Shown: positions 14,335 to 31,020 of the stretch, piece after piece
Layout: each line of letters opens with the position of its first letter
Numbering within the stretch: position 1 is the first letter of the stretch
Source of the DNA: the human T2T-CHM13v2.0 reference genome, Homo sapiens
Strand: one strand, 5' to 3'
Assembly: GCF_009914755.1 (NCBI RefSeq)
Contig: NC_060931.1
Length of the DNA: 64,000 nucleotides
The notes under the pieces: generated by a model
What the model was told of the DNA's origin: nothing
The model's database searches: none
What the model saw: the letters and a program-made list of their open reading frames with translations, nothing else
Program-made: the position numbers and the translations under genes

Positions 14335-16150
14335 TTAGGACATGGGCAGTCTGTCAGATTCAAAACCAAGAACAACACTTCTCCAGCATTCCTTCCTCCA
14401 GTCCCCATTCTCTGCACCCTAGAGCAAACCCGCCTCCTGTGAGTAACACAAATTAACTCTAGTGTTAGTTAGAGAATTCAGTGTTTAGGAAATGGCCTTT
14501 GAGCCTCGGACTCAGTCTAGACGTTTTTCAGCCTGTGCCTCATCTGGATACCTTGTCGTCCTGGTTTCAGTGAGACCTGGAGCCGGCTCCGCTTTCTTTC
14601 CTGCCCATGCCGTCTGCTTCATGCTCCCATACTTTTCTTATAAAACAATATTTTAAACTCTTAAATAAAATTGTAGGAAAAAAGTCATCCATAAACCTAA
14701 CTCACAAAGTAATTACCTTACATTTTAGTCTATTATTTTCATGTCTGTAACCATATAAATAATTATAGCCATAGCCTTAAATTTTTCTCTCAAATATTTT
14801 ATTGTTACATAATATAATTTCATATTTTTAAATTACTATTTTAATAGCTAAATATGCCATTTAGCTACTATGTCCTAATTTCCTTAACCATTTCCTTATT
14901 GTTAGATACTTTATTTTTTTTATTATTTTACAGTTACAGATCACGTTACAATCAATACTTCAATGGACTTCACTTTTTTTCCTTTCCACTGTTTTCTTAG
15001 AATAAATCCTTAGGAGTTAGAATACTGGTCTGAGTCGTATAAATATTTTTATAGCCTTTTAACTTTCCATGAGGGCTATATTTGTTTATACCACTTGCCT
15101 TATTTCATGTCTGCATTCTATTTGTATGTCTTACCCAATCTTCTTCTGTAATTTTTATATTATCCTTTCTTTTACTTAGAAAAATTGTATATTTTTATGT
15201 AATTGCATCTGTTATTTTTCTCTTCTATCTTATATTGCCTTAATTCTTAGAATGTTATCAACACTTTAAAGTTCTGCCTTTTTGCTGGCCCATCTATAAT
15301 TTCCTTAATATCTTGTTCTTTGATATATTTGGGAATTTTGAATATAGTTGTATATTTATTTTTTTCCACAACACTGTATCATTAACCCAATATCATTTAT
15401 GATGTTTTGCTGTTTTACAAGGTTATAGTAATCCTACACTAATCTAGGTCAATTTCTGGGCTCTCTACGCATTTGCATTCATATGTTTTTATATTTTTCA
15501 TTCATATTTCTTTGTTTTCAACATGATGCTACAGTATGTTTTGATATCAGGTACAGATACTTATTCCTTGTTATTATTTTTCTAAAAACATTCTTCTGTT
15601 ATACTCTGACAATCTTCACTTCCATGCTATTTGAGTAGTCTGTGCTCTTGGCCACACCCTAAGCTAAGCCAGCACCGTGATTATCCCACCTCTGAAATAA
15701 TAAACTTAAATCCCACTAAACCACGTACTCATTCTCTTCACCTTCTCCACTCTTTTATTCCAAGTCACCCTGCACTTTGCACCATTGGGATCTATTACCC
15801 CAGCTCCTCACTTCACTCCTTATCACCCCGGCGGAGCAAAATGATCAATTATTTTAGGATAATTCCATCAGCATTTCACGTTTCACAATTTCTTGTCTAT
15901 CCACCAAAGTTACGTCGCCCATTTCCAACTCTGGAGGCCCCTGTCTGTCCAGGCTCAGTTTCTCCCCTCAGCTGCCCGCTGCAGCCTCACAGAAATCAAG
16001 GGCCCCTGTCACATTACAGTAGTTTCTCTGGTTGCGCATGCAGGATTTGCGTCAGGGTGGTAGAAGATTGGAATTGGCAAATCCAAATATGCTGCATTCT
16101 CCAATCTACGATGTTGTTATAGTGAGTGTTAAAAATTCTGGAACAGATTT

Positions 16151-16336
16151 TTTGTTGTTGTTGTTGTTGTTGTTGTTTTCTTTTATTATTATACTTTAAG
16201 TTTTAGGGTACATGTGCACATTGTGCAGGTTAGTTACATATGTATACATGTGCCATGCTGGTGCGCTGCACCAACTCGTCATCTAGCATTAGGTATATCT
16301 CCCAATGCTATCCCTCCCCCCTCCCCCCACCCCACA
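16151..16336 (-). mobile_element. Young, severely 5'-truncated L1 (L1PA2-like) with (AAC)n tail
   Basis: Near-perfect L1Hs/PA2 3'UTR; GAG (not ACA/ACG) at the Ta diagnostic site; TSD TCTGGAACA(G/T)ATTT 16137-16150/16337-16350. Confidence 0.9.
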
Positions 16337-16479
16337 TCTGGAACATATTTTAAAACGTGTCAGTCACCAACTAGGAGACTAAAGAGTTACCCTAGGAACA
16401 CTGCATGGCATGTAAGAGCAAATTTCCTTTTTTACCAGTAACATTCATTTAAATAGGAAATAGGAAACTATAGAAGGAA

Positions 16480-16535
16480 ATATGTGTGTGTGTGCGCGCA
16501 TATGCGTGTGTGTGTGGGTGGGTGGGTGGAAGGGG
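16480..16535. repeat. Alternating purine/pyrimidine tract followed by G-quadruplex motif
   Basis: 37 bp of strict alternation including GCGCGC, then GGGTGGGTGGGTGGAAGGGG. Confidence 0.8.
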
Positions 16536-16689
16536 TAAAACGGAAACACAGGGACAGAGACAGAAACAGTTGAGAATTCCTGCCTCAAAAAACCCGATCT
16601 GCTGGAGTTTGTATACATTGTCTTTTCCAAGCTTGAAAAAAGTTCTCCACAGAAGTAATGACCCTGGACTTGCAGAAGAGAGCGCTAAA

Positions 16690-16770
16690 GCTCAGAAAGT
16701 AAAGTCAGCTCTCAAGAAGACTTCGCTAGTAACTAGCGAAGTAGGATCCCACCCAGATCTGCGTTCTCCA
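16690..16770. mobile_element. MIR fragment containing a perfect 11-bp inverted repeat
   Basis: GCTCAGAAAGTAAAGTCA..GCTAGTAA..GGATCCCACCCAGATCTG resembles the MIR core. Confidence 0.6.
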
Positions 16771-17222
16771 CCTGCTGTCACATGATGCAGTGAGTCAAAC
16801 AGTACTGTCACTGCATACCTCATTACGATGCCACGCTGACTGTCTCAGCTCCACGACAGTGGTTATTGGCCATTTTGTTCAATGACACCTAGCAATGCCT
16901 GCTTCCTACCAGTTACTTAACAATAGTTGTTGAATAAATTGCTCCGTTCACTTATATTCATGGCATATGGATGAATAAAGAGCATGCTCACCAAATATTT
17001 GGCTAGCAAGTACTCATGTATGTACAAAAGAACAGCCATGTGTCGGGCAACAGAATCAGGGTCAGAAACTCTCCTGTCGGGGCAGCGAGCAATGTGGTGG
17101 GACAGGGGCTGCCTCAAAGCCTCCTTTTGGGTTCAAAACCCACAGGAAAATGCAGCAGAAGAGTTTAGGAAGAGTACTTTCTATTTTGTTTGGAGGTTGG
17201 TTTTTTTGGTTTCTGGCTATTT

Positions 17223-17770
17223 TTAAAAATTAACACCTTGCATTGGTGTGGTACCTTTGTTACAACCAACAAACCAACGTTAGTACATTACTATTAGCTA
17301 ACATCTGTAATTTAAATTAGGGTTTACCCTTTTGTTATATAGTTGGATAATTTGTATTGTAGAGTTTAATGAGTTTTCACATATGCCAGTATCACTCATC
17401 CATTATCATAGCATCATACAGAATATTTTCACTGACCTAACAATCCCCTGTGCTTAACCTATGTATGCTCCTCCCTGTAGCTCTCAACACCTGGAAACCA
17501 CTGATCTTTTTACCATTTTTATAGTTTTTTTTTTTTCAGTGTGCTGTACATTAAGAATCATATAGTATGGAGTCTTTTCAGACTGATTTCTTTTACTTAG
17601 GCATATGCATTTAAGGTTCCTCCATGTCTTTGTGGTTTGAGAGCTCTTTTTTTTTAAACCAGTGGATAGTATTCTGTTGTCTGGATATACTGCAGTTTGC
17701 TTATTCATTCAAGTATTAAATGTTATTTTGGTTGCTCTCAATTTTTAAGTTATGAATTCAGTTTCTAGTT
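17223..17770 (-). mobile_element. L1MC-type 3' fragment
   Basis: GTGGTACCTTTGTTACAACC..CCTGGAAACCACTGATCTTTTTAC..TATGCATTTAAGGTTCCTCCATGTC. Confidence 0.8.
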
Positions 17771-19817
17771 AGCAGAGAACACATGAGCGTCAGTCTCTGG
17801 TACTATGCTGTTTCTAGAGCTCTACAGATGTGAGCCTACCACATGCTACAGCAGGAGAGACGTCTGCACATAGTAGGCCTGCTCTTCTCTGCAGTCTTCA
17901 GACTGGCTTTCTGATGCTTTTCATGATTATTTATTGAGGAATATAGTGTTAAATTCTAAGCCCAAATATTTTCTGATAGACTGTCACATTCGGGAAAAAA
18001 ATGCAACAAAGACAGTTGAAGGACTCAAAATCCTCTCCTTTGAGGAAACACGGAAGAAGAGAGAATTCAGAGATGCTGCCAACCATCTGCAGCCACCTTA
18101 ATGGCAGTCACCGGAAAGAGGGCCAGCCTCGCTCTGCAGGACCATGGGGGATAGAAGTAGGAGCAATGGGTGAAAGGAACCTTGGAGCCGTTCCAGGTTT
18201 TGAGAGGACGTTGAGGATTCCCATGCATTTTGTTGCAGACATTTCCCCATCTCAATCATCAAAGAGCAGGGGAGAGTTGCCATCTGACCATCGAGTCTCA
18301 AAATATTGCAGCCCTGGTAAGTTCGTACATATACCCACAGGAACTTGATTCAGAAACGTGTCAATCAAAAACATTTCTGAGACAATCTTGAAATTGAGTC
18401 CAGTAACCCACACAGCCCAATTCTGTTATCTCAGATGTCATCAGACGCCCTTGAAGGTGATTGAGGTTGCTTTTGTAAAGTTGGAGTTTAGAACCCTTAA
18501 GTGAGCACATCAGCTCTCGCATGGGGTATGGTGGCACCTGGAGAAGGCAGGCATTGCTTTCCTCTGGTGCTCGTGAGTTTTCATATTCAACACATTTTGT
18601 CTTCTCTCTACCTGAGTTCAGAATTCTTCCTGCAGTTCTCACCTGAAACCACAGCCATGGGTGGCCCCACAGTGCTTTTCACTGAGTGACATGAGGACCC
18701 TGTAGGTCTTCTTCCCTCTGGAGCTGAGGCATCTGGTGTACCCCCTGTTTCAAGCAGTTCTTGCCCCACGGAGGGAGACCCTCTTCTGGGGACTTAGTGC
18801 CACACAGACACCCGGCCAGGGCCCAGCGCGTACAGCAGCTCCAGGAAGAATGCTGGCTGTTTTCAGGAACTAAGCTGGTTGGGTCCTTAATTTCATGCCT
18901 GAATCTCCTTTCATTTTCTGAGAGCCAAGTTATGTGGTATTTTCCTTGATTGAAATTCTTAAAATCATCTTGGTCCAGTGCCTACCACCCACCCTCTGCC
19001 TGTTGTTTCTCAGTATTTCTATAGAAACAGACATCCAGGTGTTAAAATCCTACAGTCCTAGAAATGGCTGTTCTCACCAGAGGACGTCAGAGCCCTGTCC
19101 TTTGTTGTCCAATGCCCAGTGCAATCTCCCTGTGGCTCAAGCTGGGCTCTGGACAAGGAGATCGTTTTCCACAGGCAAGAGCAGCACCCCTGGGACACGC
19201 CTCACCTTCATGAATTCAGCCTGGGCTCCTCAGGCCAGAGTCCTAAAAGCAGTTTTGACTCAAACCTATATTTCTTTTGGCTTCAAGGAAGAACTATATA
19301 AATTTCAGTTTGGCTACGCAGGTCAGGAAAGTAAATGTCATTACAGGCCTTTATTTAAGATCAGATTTTACATTTGACACTTTTTCTGTCAGAGGAAAGT
19401 ACATGGAAATATCAAGTCATGCTTATAGTGCAATCAGTTTAATTAGTTTGTACACACTAGTAAAATATCAAACATTGGCAGAGTCACATCTTATGACTGT
19501 GCCCCTTACCATGAATGCATTACATTGTTGCCATGGAGTTTCATGTTAAAACACTATTTCATCATTTCACACTCCAAAACACTATTTGTTCAGCCAGTTG
19601 TGCCAAAACAATTGAGGAAGAGAAAAGCAGGCTGCAAACACAAAGCCAACCCTTTGTGGTGAGGTGGGATCGATGGCCATTTTAATCCTGCACCATTCTG
19701 TATTTTCTTAAAATTTTCCTCAGTGACAGATTAAGGGGCCTAAGGAAAAGTTACTGTGCAAAGAACTTGAAGAGACAGAATGAATTCCAGAAATTGTCCT
19801 GATCAGAAACTGGTAAG

Positions 19818-22972
<3,155 letters not shown>

Positions 22973-23120
22973 TTACGTTGTTTGGGGGCCATCGAATAGA
23001 GCACAGTGCTGGTCACAGAATTCCCAAGGGCAGCAGATTTAGCGTCAGGGGCCTCTTTGAAACTGATCCTCTCTCCAGCAAATGTGCATACACGAAGACA
23101 ATACACGCTGTAAACGATTT

Positions 23121-23185
23121 CTGGGTTTCGCGGATGTTGAAGAGATCCTGTTGGCAGCCTCTAAGTTTGTTTTTGCAGGCTGCCT
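23121..23185 (+). repeat. Copy A of a short dispersed duplication
   Basis: Matches 25264-25320 at 53/57 aligned bases plus an 8-bp insertion. Confidence 0.9.
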
Positions 23186-25263
23186 GGCTTCCCAAGAACC
23201 AGGGTTGGTGCTTTGCAAATTAAGATGTTTATGATGTGAGTGCTTGGTCACAACTTTGGAACCATGTGATAGCTACTTTCATAAAAATCCAATTAAAAAT
23301 GGATTAAGATCACTTTAATACTAGAGGAACCTTAAGAGATTGATGAGCTTGGCCTCTTTTCCTCCTCAGCAGATATGTTTTGTCAAGCCATCACAGACGG
23401 ATGTGCATTTTCTTCCCGAGAACACTTGAAGCCAGGAAGGCCATGCTGCAATATTTTCCTCCAAATGCTTTTATTGAATGAAATATTTTCTGTTGTATTT
23501 GAAGCCACTTGTTCTTCCTCGATTCTTTGTAAACACTGAGAAATACTGATTAGGATTTCCAGAAAAAATAATTATTTTCCACTTACCAATTGACTCTGGT
23601 GTGTATTTTGTGGATAAAAACTAGAGTAACAACAATAATAGGAATTTTGTCAATATGGGTAAATCATGTGCCCCAACAGCAGTGCCCCCAGCTGGTAAGT
23701 GGGTGGGCGACCCTGGCCTGCGTTTCTTTCCTCTTTTGCAATGTTTGTCATGCTGTCTCCACCTTGCATTGATATTTTTAATATTTTGACTGTAGAGTGT
23801 ATTTCCTTATGCATGCCCTTTAAAAATGATGCAGGATAATTTCTAGAACTTTAAATTTTTCACAGTCAGAAAAACATTGATGTATATCTTTTAAAGCAGT
23901 GGTAAGCCTAATTCTTGATGTTTCTTTTAAAAATGTAAATAGCTTAATTCTGTAATCAATGAGTCCACAAATGTTTGCAGACATTCTGCTATACACAAGG
24001 CAGCATGTTCTTGAAATAACAAAATATTAAATGCGCCATAAAAATTCTCTCTCTAGATTATTGTTTGAGCAATCTGGATATTACATGATTAAACAGTAAT
24101 TTCCTGAGCACTTCTGCGTGGTTCTTTAATAAAGAAGAGGGGTTATTTACTGGTGTAACCTGAGACTCACCAGGGCATAGAGAAAGCAGAGGGTCTGTTT
24201 TCAGCCTCGTCTCTGAGCAGAACATCATTTTCTCATCAGTATTGGATTAAGCAATTTGTGGTCCCATCCCCTGGGCCTCTAAACCATTTTGTGGGCAATA
24301 GTCCATAATCACGGAAAGCTGGCAAGATGTTTGTGTAGCGCAATCATCACAAGTCTTTCAGGACGTTCTGATGTCGTTGAAAAAAATACTTTGCTAAACC
24401 ATCAGTGTGAACATGCTTGAGTGACACCTGGTCACTATTCTGTCTGTAGGGAGGCAGGGCTGATTCCCAGAGTCTCCTGTCTTAGAGAAAGATAAGAACC
24501 GCTGACAGGGACCACCTTTCTCCCTTCTCTCTCAGGCAGCACCCAGCCTTCTCCTCTAGAAAAGCACTGGACCAAGACAAAAGAATCCCTGTTTCAAGGG
24601 ATGCCAAATGACCACTCTGCCCTGTGTTAGACCTGGGTGAGCACTGATTTTAAGGTTTTTTCATTGGTAATGATATCCGGTTGAGGTGACCCCATTGTCT
24701 AGGGAAGGCAGGGCCAAGGACACATGTCCCTGATGAGGTCTGTCTCAAAAAGGACGTCTTGGGCCAGAGGATATTGTCTTACACACATGCATCAAGAAAG
24801 GGGCTGTATTTGAATCGATAGAAGTAGAATTACATTTTCTCGTAGAAGCAGTGTTGTGATACTAGGATATAGACTTGGCCAGTGGTATCACATAAAATAG
24901 CTCCAGGAGACATTTATTTACTCTTTCATTTACTCCAGGTGCTGGGCTATATCTCAGGTACTTTTCATAAACAAGGTTATTAAGGACACATGCCAAAACA
25001 CTGTTCTGGAAACGTTTTGTTTTGTTTATTCCAGAATTATGCAAGGCAGAGTGGCATTTCAAAAGCTCTATTTTTCCCAGTTTTTCACAGCTGATTATTT
25101 TTTTAAAAGCTGCAGTTCTACCTCCATCTTCAACAGAGGCAGATGCCCAAGTCTTGCCATTGCTACGTGGTGTCCTGACCGCCAAGGAGGTAGAGCTCAC
25201 AATCACATAGGAACATGTATTTCCAATTTTCTTTGTGCTAACTTCCTTGCCTCCATCAGTGCA

Positions 25264-25320
25264 CTGGGTTTTGTGGATGTTGAAGAGATCCTGTTGGCAG
25301 TTTGTATTTGCAGGATGCCT
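25264..25320 (+). repeat. Copy B of a short dispersed duplication
   Basis: GGATGTTGAAGAGATCCTGTTGGCAG core identical to copy A. Confidence 0.9.
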
Positions 25321-26238
25321 AAAATCATAAGATATTATGTGCTGGGACATCAAAAAATATATCAGCTGCTAGCTCCAGAATAATGAGACTACTCTCACAA
25401 GTGCAAATATGGGTCATTGTCACTGCAATCTGGGTACCTCAAAGGCCTTCTAAGACAGAGACCATTGTCTATGTATCTTGCTATCCCCAGGCCTAACGCA
25501 GAGCTTGGCATCAAGCTGGTATCCCACCAATTAATGTCTATGAAATGAATGCATGAGCTATTAGCCCAGAGAAGATCTGGATAGTTTGCCTCATCAAGGC
25601 CTGTAAGTCTTGACCAAGGCTGGCCAGGGCAGCACAGGCTTCAGGGGAGAGCCAATCAAAAGGAGGCATGGCCAGCTCTGGGCAGGCATCGTGTACCAAT
25701 GTGGGGACTAACCACTGAAATGCCAGTCAAGACACAAGAAGGGACCTAGGCCAAAACCTGCCCAAGGTTAGCAGAGCGGCAAGGGAAGGAAGTATCAGGA
25801 GGATCGAAGTATTGTGGGCACAAAAAGGCAAAGTGCTAGTATTGCTAATTTTGACCCAGTGCCCGTGGGCCACCAATAGGACAAAGGCGGCTCTGTGGTG
25901 TTCCCTGTCCCAGGCATACTGAAGGTGGGATAGAGTGTGAGAACACCACACAACCCAGGCTGCACCAGGGCGCCGGACACCAACAGAGCTCACGGATATT
26001 TTAGCTTCTGATAATTCAGCTTTCTTCTCTCACAGGTGCAAACTCACTTTTAGAAAAACAGTGAACCATGGGACTGTACTAACAGAAGAACAACAAACGC
26101 CCACCACAAGCCCCGCCTGTCTGTGACGTGGTGGCCAATGCAGTTAGGAAGAGAGAGCTCTTAACTCAGACTCGTTCACATCGAGCTGGTCATGACTGGA
26201 AAGTTTACATGTATTGGCAAATATGCATGTTTTAAACT

Positions 26239-26300
26239 ATGGTGAAACCCCGTCTCTACTGAAAATATAAAAAATTAGCCGGGCATGGTGGTGGGCGCCT
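26239..26300 (+). mobile_element. Isolated internal Alu fragment (linker region only)
   Basis: ATGGTGAAACCCCGTCTCTACTGAAAATATAAAAAATTAGCCGGGCATGGTGGTGGGCGCCT with no 5' end, tail or TSD. Confidence 0.85.
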
Positions 26301-27292
26301 TCAGTGAGTTTCTGAATTAGTGTGGGGCATTGAGGAAATATTTCAGGGACAGAACTTCACCCCAGCCCAGGCCTTTTCTCACATGCAAAGGCAGAGGCAA
26401 GGGCAGAAGTCGTCGTCTTGGGATGAAGGTCTGCAAAGTCATTCATTTATGCCCAGGAATTGGAAATCTCAAGACTCTAGGCTGTTTCCCTAGTTAGCCT
26501 TTGCACTCTGAACTTGGCTTACTCCCCTCCCTAGTGACCACTCTTCTGAACTTCACTCACATTTCTGTCTAAGAACTAAGACGCAAGAGGAGGTCCCAAC
26601 CTCAAAGAAACTTGTTTCAAGTTTCTTTCAGAGGAGGAGTTAAGCCAATTAGATGGTTACGTGTTGTGTAACCGAGCTCATAAAACATGAAATGGCTTGA
26701 ACTAAGGTAACATGGGATAAGTGGCTAGAAGACTTTTTAACATTCTTAATTTGGCTGTAGGGTGGAACACATGAACGACTTCAGAAACATTTTTGGTGAG
26801 CAAGATAGAATGGAATTGTTGTTCATGTATCAGGCAACTTAGTGTTTGGGAGATAACCCCAGATAAAAGGAAAATTATCATGGGATGAAATTAATGAAAT
26901 AAGTATTAAAAAGTTCTTAGCCATGAAACAGCTAAGGACAATTTACAGAAGTCGGAGAGGCGAAAGTGAGATGAGGAGGAAGGAGGGAAATGCCTCTGAC
27001 AAATACAGCCAATTAAAAAGTACCGTGATTCTAAGCCACAGCACGCTCTGTCTGGTCTGGCCTCGCCTGGAGTTCTTCTGCACCCACACCGAACCCAGCT
27101 GCTCCCCTCACTCCCCACCATCCTGCGTCTCCTCACACAGCCCAGTGGAATCCAGCGGTGTGCATGCTCAGGTCAGCCTTCTCTCTTCCAACCCTGGTAG
27201 CTCATGACCAGCTCGTGAAAAAGATCACTACACAGCGTGGCAGAATTGCGCCACTGAAAATGCACGTTCTCAGCGTTCAGCTGGCCTCATGA

Positions 27293-27644
<352 letters not shown>

Positions 27645-27689
27645 TTTTTTTTTTCCTTTTTAAATTTGTTTTTAAATTAAGAATTGTAT

Positions 27690-28440
27690 CTATTTAAGAC
27701 TTTTCTGTATCTCCTTAAGCCACCCCTCATCTGTGCTAGCAGGCTGCTCTGCATCCTACTTCGAGGAAGTTGAGGACAGCAGCCCTCCCTGATCACCCCC
27801 AAATGCCTGACCCTGAACTTTAGAGGTATCTCTAGCTTTTCCATAGCTTCCTTTCTTTTTCTTGGCTCAGACCTTAAATTCTTGGCTCCCTGCTTATCTC
27901 CTCCACACACTCCCCTTAATTAACGTCATGAGCACTTTTTGGATTCTCTGCCTATTTCCTCTGACTCTCCAATCCTGCTCTCCATTTCTGCCCTTCCCCA
28001 GGCTGCAGAGACAAGGACCTAATTGCCTCGGGGGCATCATCACTATTCTTCTGGTGTCTCCAATGACATCATCACCTACCTCTTTAGCTAGCCCTTGCCT
28101 TTTCTGTACTCTGCTGTGGCTGGTGGGGACTGTCACCAGTTATCAAAACCTAGAAGTTCTGTCTTTTCCATCACCTTCTCTACCCCTGGAGGTCTTTCCA
28201 ATTTCCCTTCATTATTATTTCTCCAGCCTGCTCTGCTTTTCCTCGTCTACTCCTACTGCTTCAGTCCAAACCCTCACTCGCACCTAGACAACTCAGAAGC
28301 CTCCAAAATCATCTCTAGTCTCAAGTCTTGTCCCTTTTAAATCTGTCTCCCACACTGTGGTTTGGGCACTCACCTTTAAATGGAAATTTGTCTGGCTTAG
28401 CCCCTTTTAGTGCCTTGCCATTGCCCACATAAGAAATCCA
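27690..28440. mobile_element. Degraded L2
   Basis: CT-rich L2-like sequence continuing after the Alu to ~28900; boundaries approximate. Confidence 0.55.
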
Positions 28441-28441
28441 A

Positions 28442-28738
28442 GGCCAGGCGCAGTGGCTCACGCCTGTAATCCCAGCACTTTGGGAGGCTGAGGAGAATCA
28501 TTTGAGGTGAGGAGTTCAAGAACAGCCTGGCCAACATGGAGAAACCCCGTCTCTACTAAAAATACAAAATTAGCTGGGCGTGGTGGCATGTACCTGTAAT
28601 CCCAGCTACTCGGGAGACTGAGTCAGGAGAATCACTTGAACCTTGGAGGCAGAGGTTGCAGTGAGCCAAGATCGCACACCATCGCACTCCAGCCTGGGCA
28701 ACAAGAGTGAAACTCCATCTCAAAAAAAAAAAAAAAAA
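28442..28738 (+). mobile_element. Alu (AluSq-like)
   Basis: GGGCAACAAGAGTGAAACTCC; TSD AAATCCAA. Confidence 0.93.
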
Positions 28739-29026
28739 TCCAAGTATGCTACCAGCACACACAGGGTCCTCCCTCTCCAGTCTGCCATTGCCAGCTGTGC
28801 CTTGCACGTCATGATCCAGCAACACCGAACTGCCCATAGTCCCCACACTCACTGTGCCATTTCTGAACACCTTACAATTTTTTATCCTCCCTCTCTGGCC
28901 AAATCCTATTTTGACAACAAAAATATCATTTTCCTCAGGACACCCTTCCGAATTCTATAGACCACATGAGGTTCCCCTCTGCATTTCCATGATGCTTTTT
29001 GTTAATGAACTTTTAAGAGTTCCTTT

Positions 29027-29336
<310 letters not shown>

Positions 29337-30819
29337 CTATTATGTTTCATCTGAATGAATTAGACTTAGTACACAGTTGATTTTCTCCACATCTGATGAC
29401 TAGCTGACACTGAACATCAGTAAGCTAGCCTTCCGACATGAGAACTTCATGTGCATTCGGTAACTCCGCATTTCATGTGATCATTACCTGCATTACTCAC
29501 ATGAAATCTCACTGACCTGGATTGTAACAACCTTTCCACATGTCTTCCTCAGCAGTCCCTCAGTCCCTCGAGAGTGGTAAATATGTCTAATTGATTTACA
29601 TATTCTAATATCTGACAGTGTGACTGTTTCAAAACAGTTGCTCCATAATTGTTGAATTAATGAAATACTAACTCTCCTCCATTTCAGCGTAGTATCCTTC
29701 TGTCTTTATGACAAGGATTGCTAATTTCAAGCTTTTAGCCCAGTTGTTTGGTAGTCAAGGAATATATAAAACTGTTTCCTCATGGAACAAAAATAGTAAT
29801 ATCCACAAAACCCCATTTTTCCATCCACCTCCTGTATATAAATAAACCTAAGATCATTAAAAGGGATGTCATGACTTGAGAGGTCTCCACCTGAAACTGG
29901 GACTTGACTTTGGTTTTATTGGCTCTGCTAGGCTGTGGGCTGAATATAAAACCATGCCTAGTCCTTTGAATACACTTATTATTTCTTTACAAATGCAATT
30001 TGTAGTGGACTTCCTGAAAATGTTTCAGAACAGGATATAGCATCTTATTTTTTTTAACTTTTTCTTTAAAATATTCAAGGAAATCTAAAAAGCAGAGAGA
30101 GAAAACTCAGCGCAGCTCTGGCAGCAAAGATCAGAACCATCAGAGGCCAGCGTTAGGGAAGGTTATGGTAAGAGGCAGCACTTGCAGTCAAAGTCAGATT
30201 CTTCATCAGACGCAGTGCAACGCCGACCCAAGCAGCTCCTGGCTGGCACGGGGCCATGCTCCAGGCTGGGTCTTCTCCAGTCCTTTCGTTCACACCTGCA
30301 CTTGTACGTTTTGCTTCAGTTTATTACTCTGTCTTTCCTTTGCACCTAAACAAAACAACTACTTTCCCCACCCGCCCCCGCCCCCCTCAACCCCGAGTAA
30401 GTTTGGACCATTCTCTCAGACATTTCTTGGTATGTAGAAATTTCTGCCTGGAATAAAGTTACTTGAATGACGACGTTAACCCTTCTTGGATTTGCCCTTG
30501 GATCGTAATTCAAGGACCCTGTGCCCCTCACTAAGTCTCAGATGCATCTCTCTTGTTTAGATAATTATTGTACATCTTCTTCTGGGTCTTCAGGCCTGGC
30601 ATTCTTCTTGACATTCTGACGTCTGCAAATCTATCTCATTCACTCCCTTATGTTATCGACTGCAACTTTCTTCAGAGCACTGGCTTTTTGATGCCCGAGT
30701 CAATTAGATCAGGATAATTTGTGAGATAAATGGAAAATTCCTACACGTGCTCTTGTGTCAATATTTTCTCTCCATGAAAAATCACACTTTGCTCCTTAGC
30801 CGCTTGGGTTGTTACCTTA

Positions 30820-31020
30820 GCACAGTATGACTGAGTCAGGAGAGCATATTTCTGTTTTTCACTGATTCAAATCTAAGCTGAGGAGCTACCCGCTAGGCTG
30901 GCACCTTCCCTCACTACCTACCTGGGCCTTCCCCTGCATTTGGTGGGTGCACTCCTGAGCGGCTTGCTGAGTCAGAACTAGTTGGAAGATGACTAGGACT
31001 TCCAACAAGGTTGCTGACAA
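30820..31020. promoter_or_regulatory. Candidate AP-1/NRF2-MAF enhancer
   Basis: TGAGTCA 30832-30838, TGCTGAGTCA 30965-30974, TGCTGAC 31012-31018. Confidence 0.4.

Noticed and set aside
24862-25353. 163-aa minus-strand ORF sharing CQQDLFNI with the ORF at 23013-23195
   Set aside because: Shared peptide is fully explained by the 57-bp DNA duplication; no homology recognised
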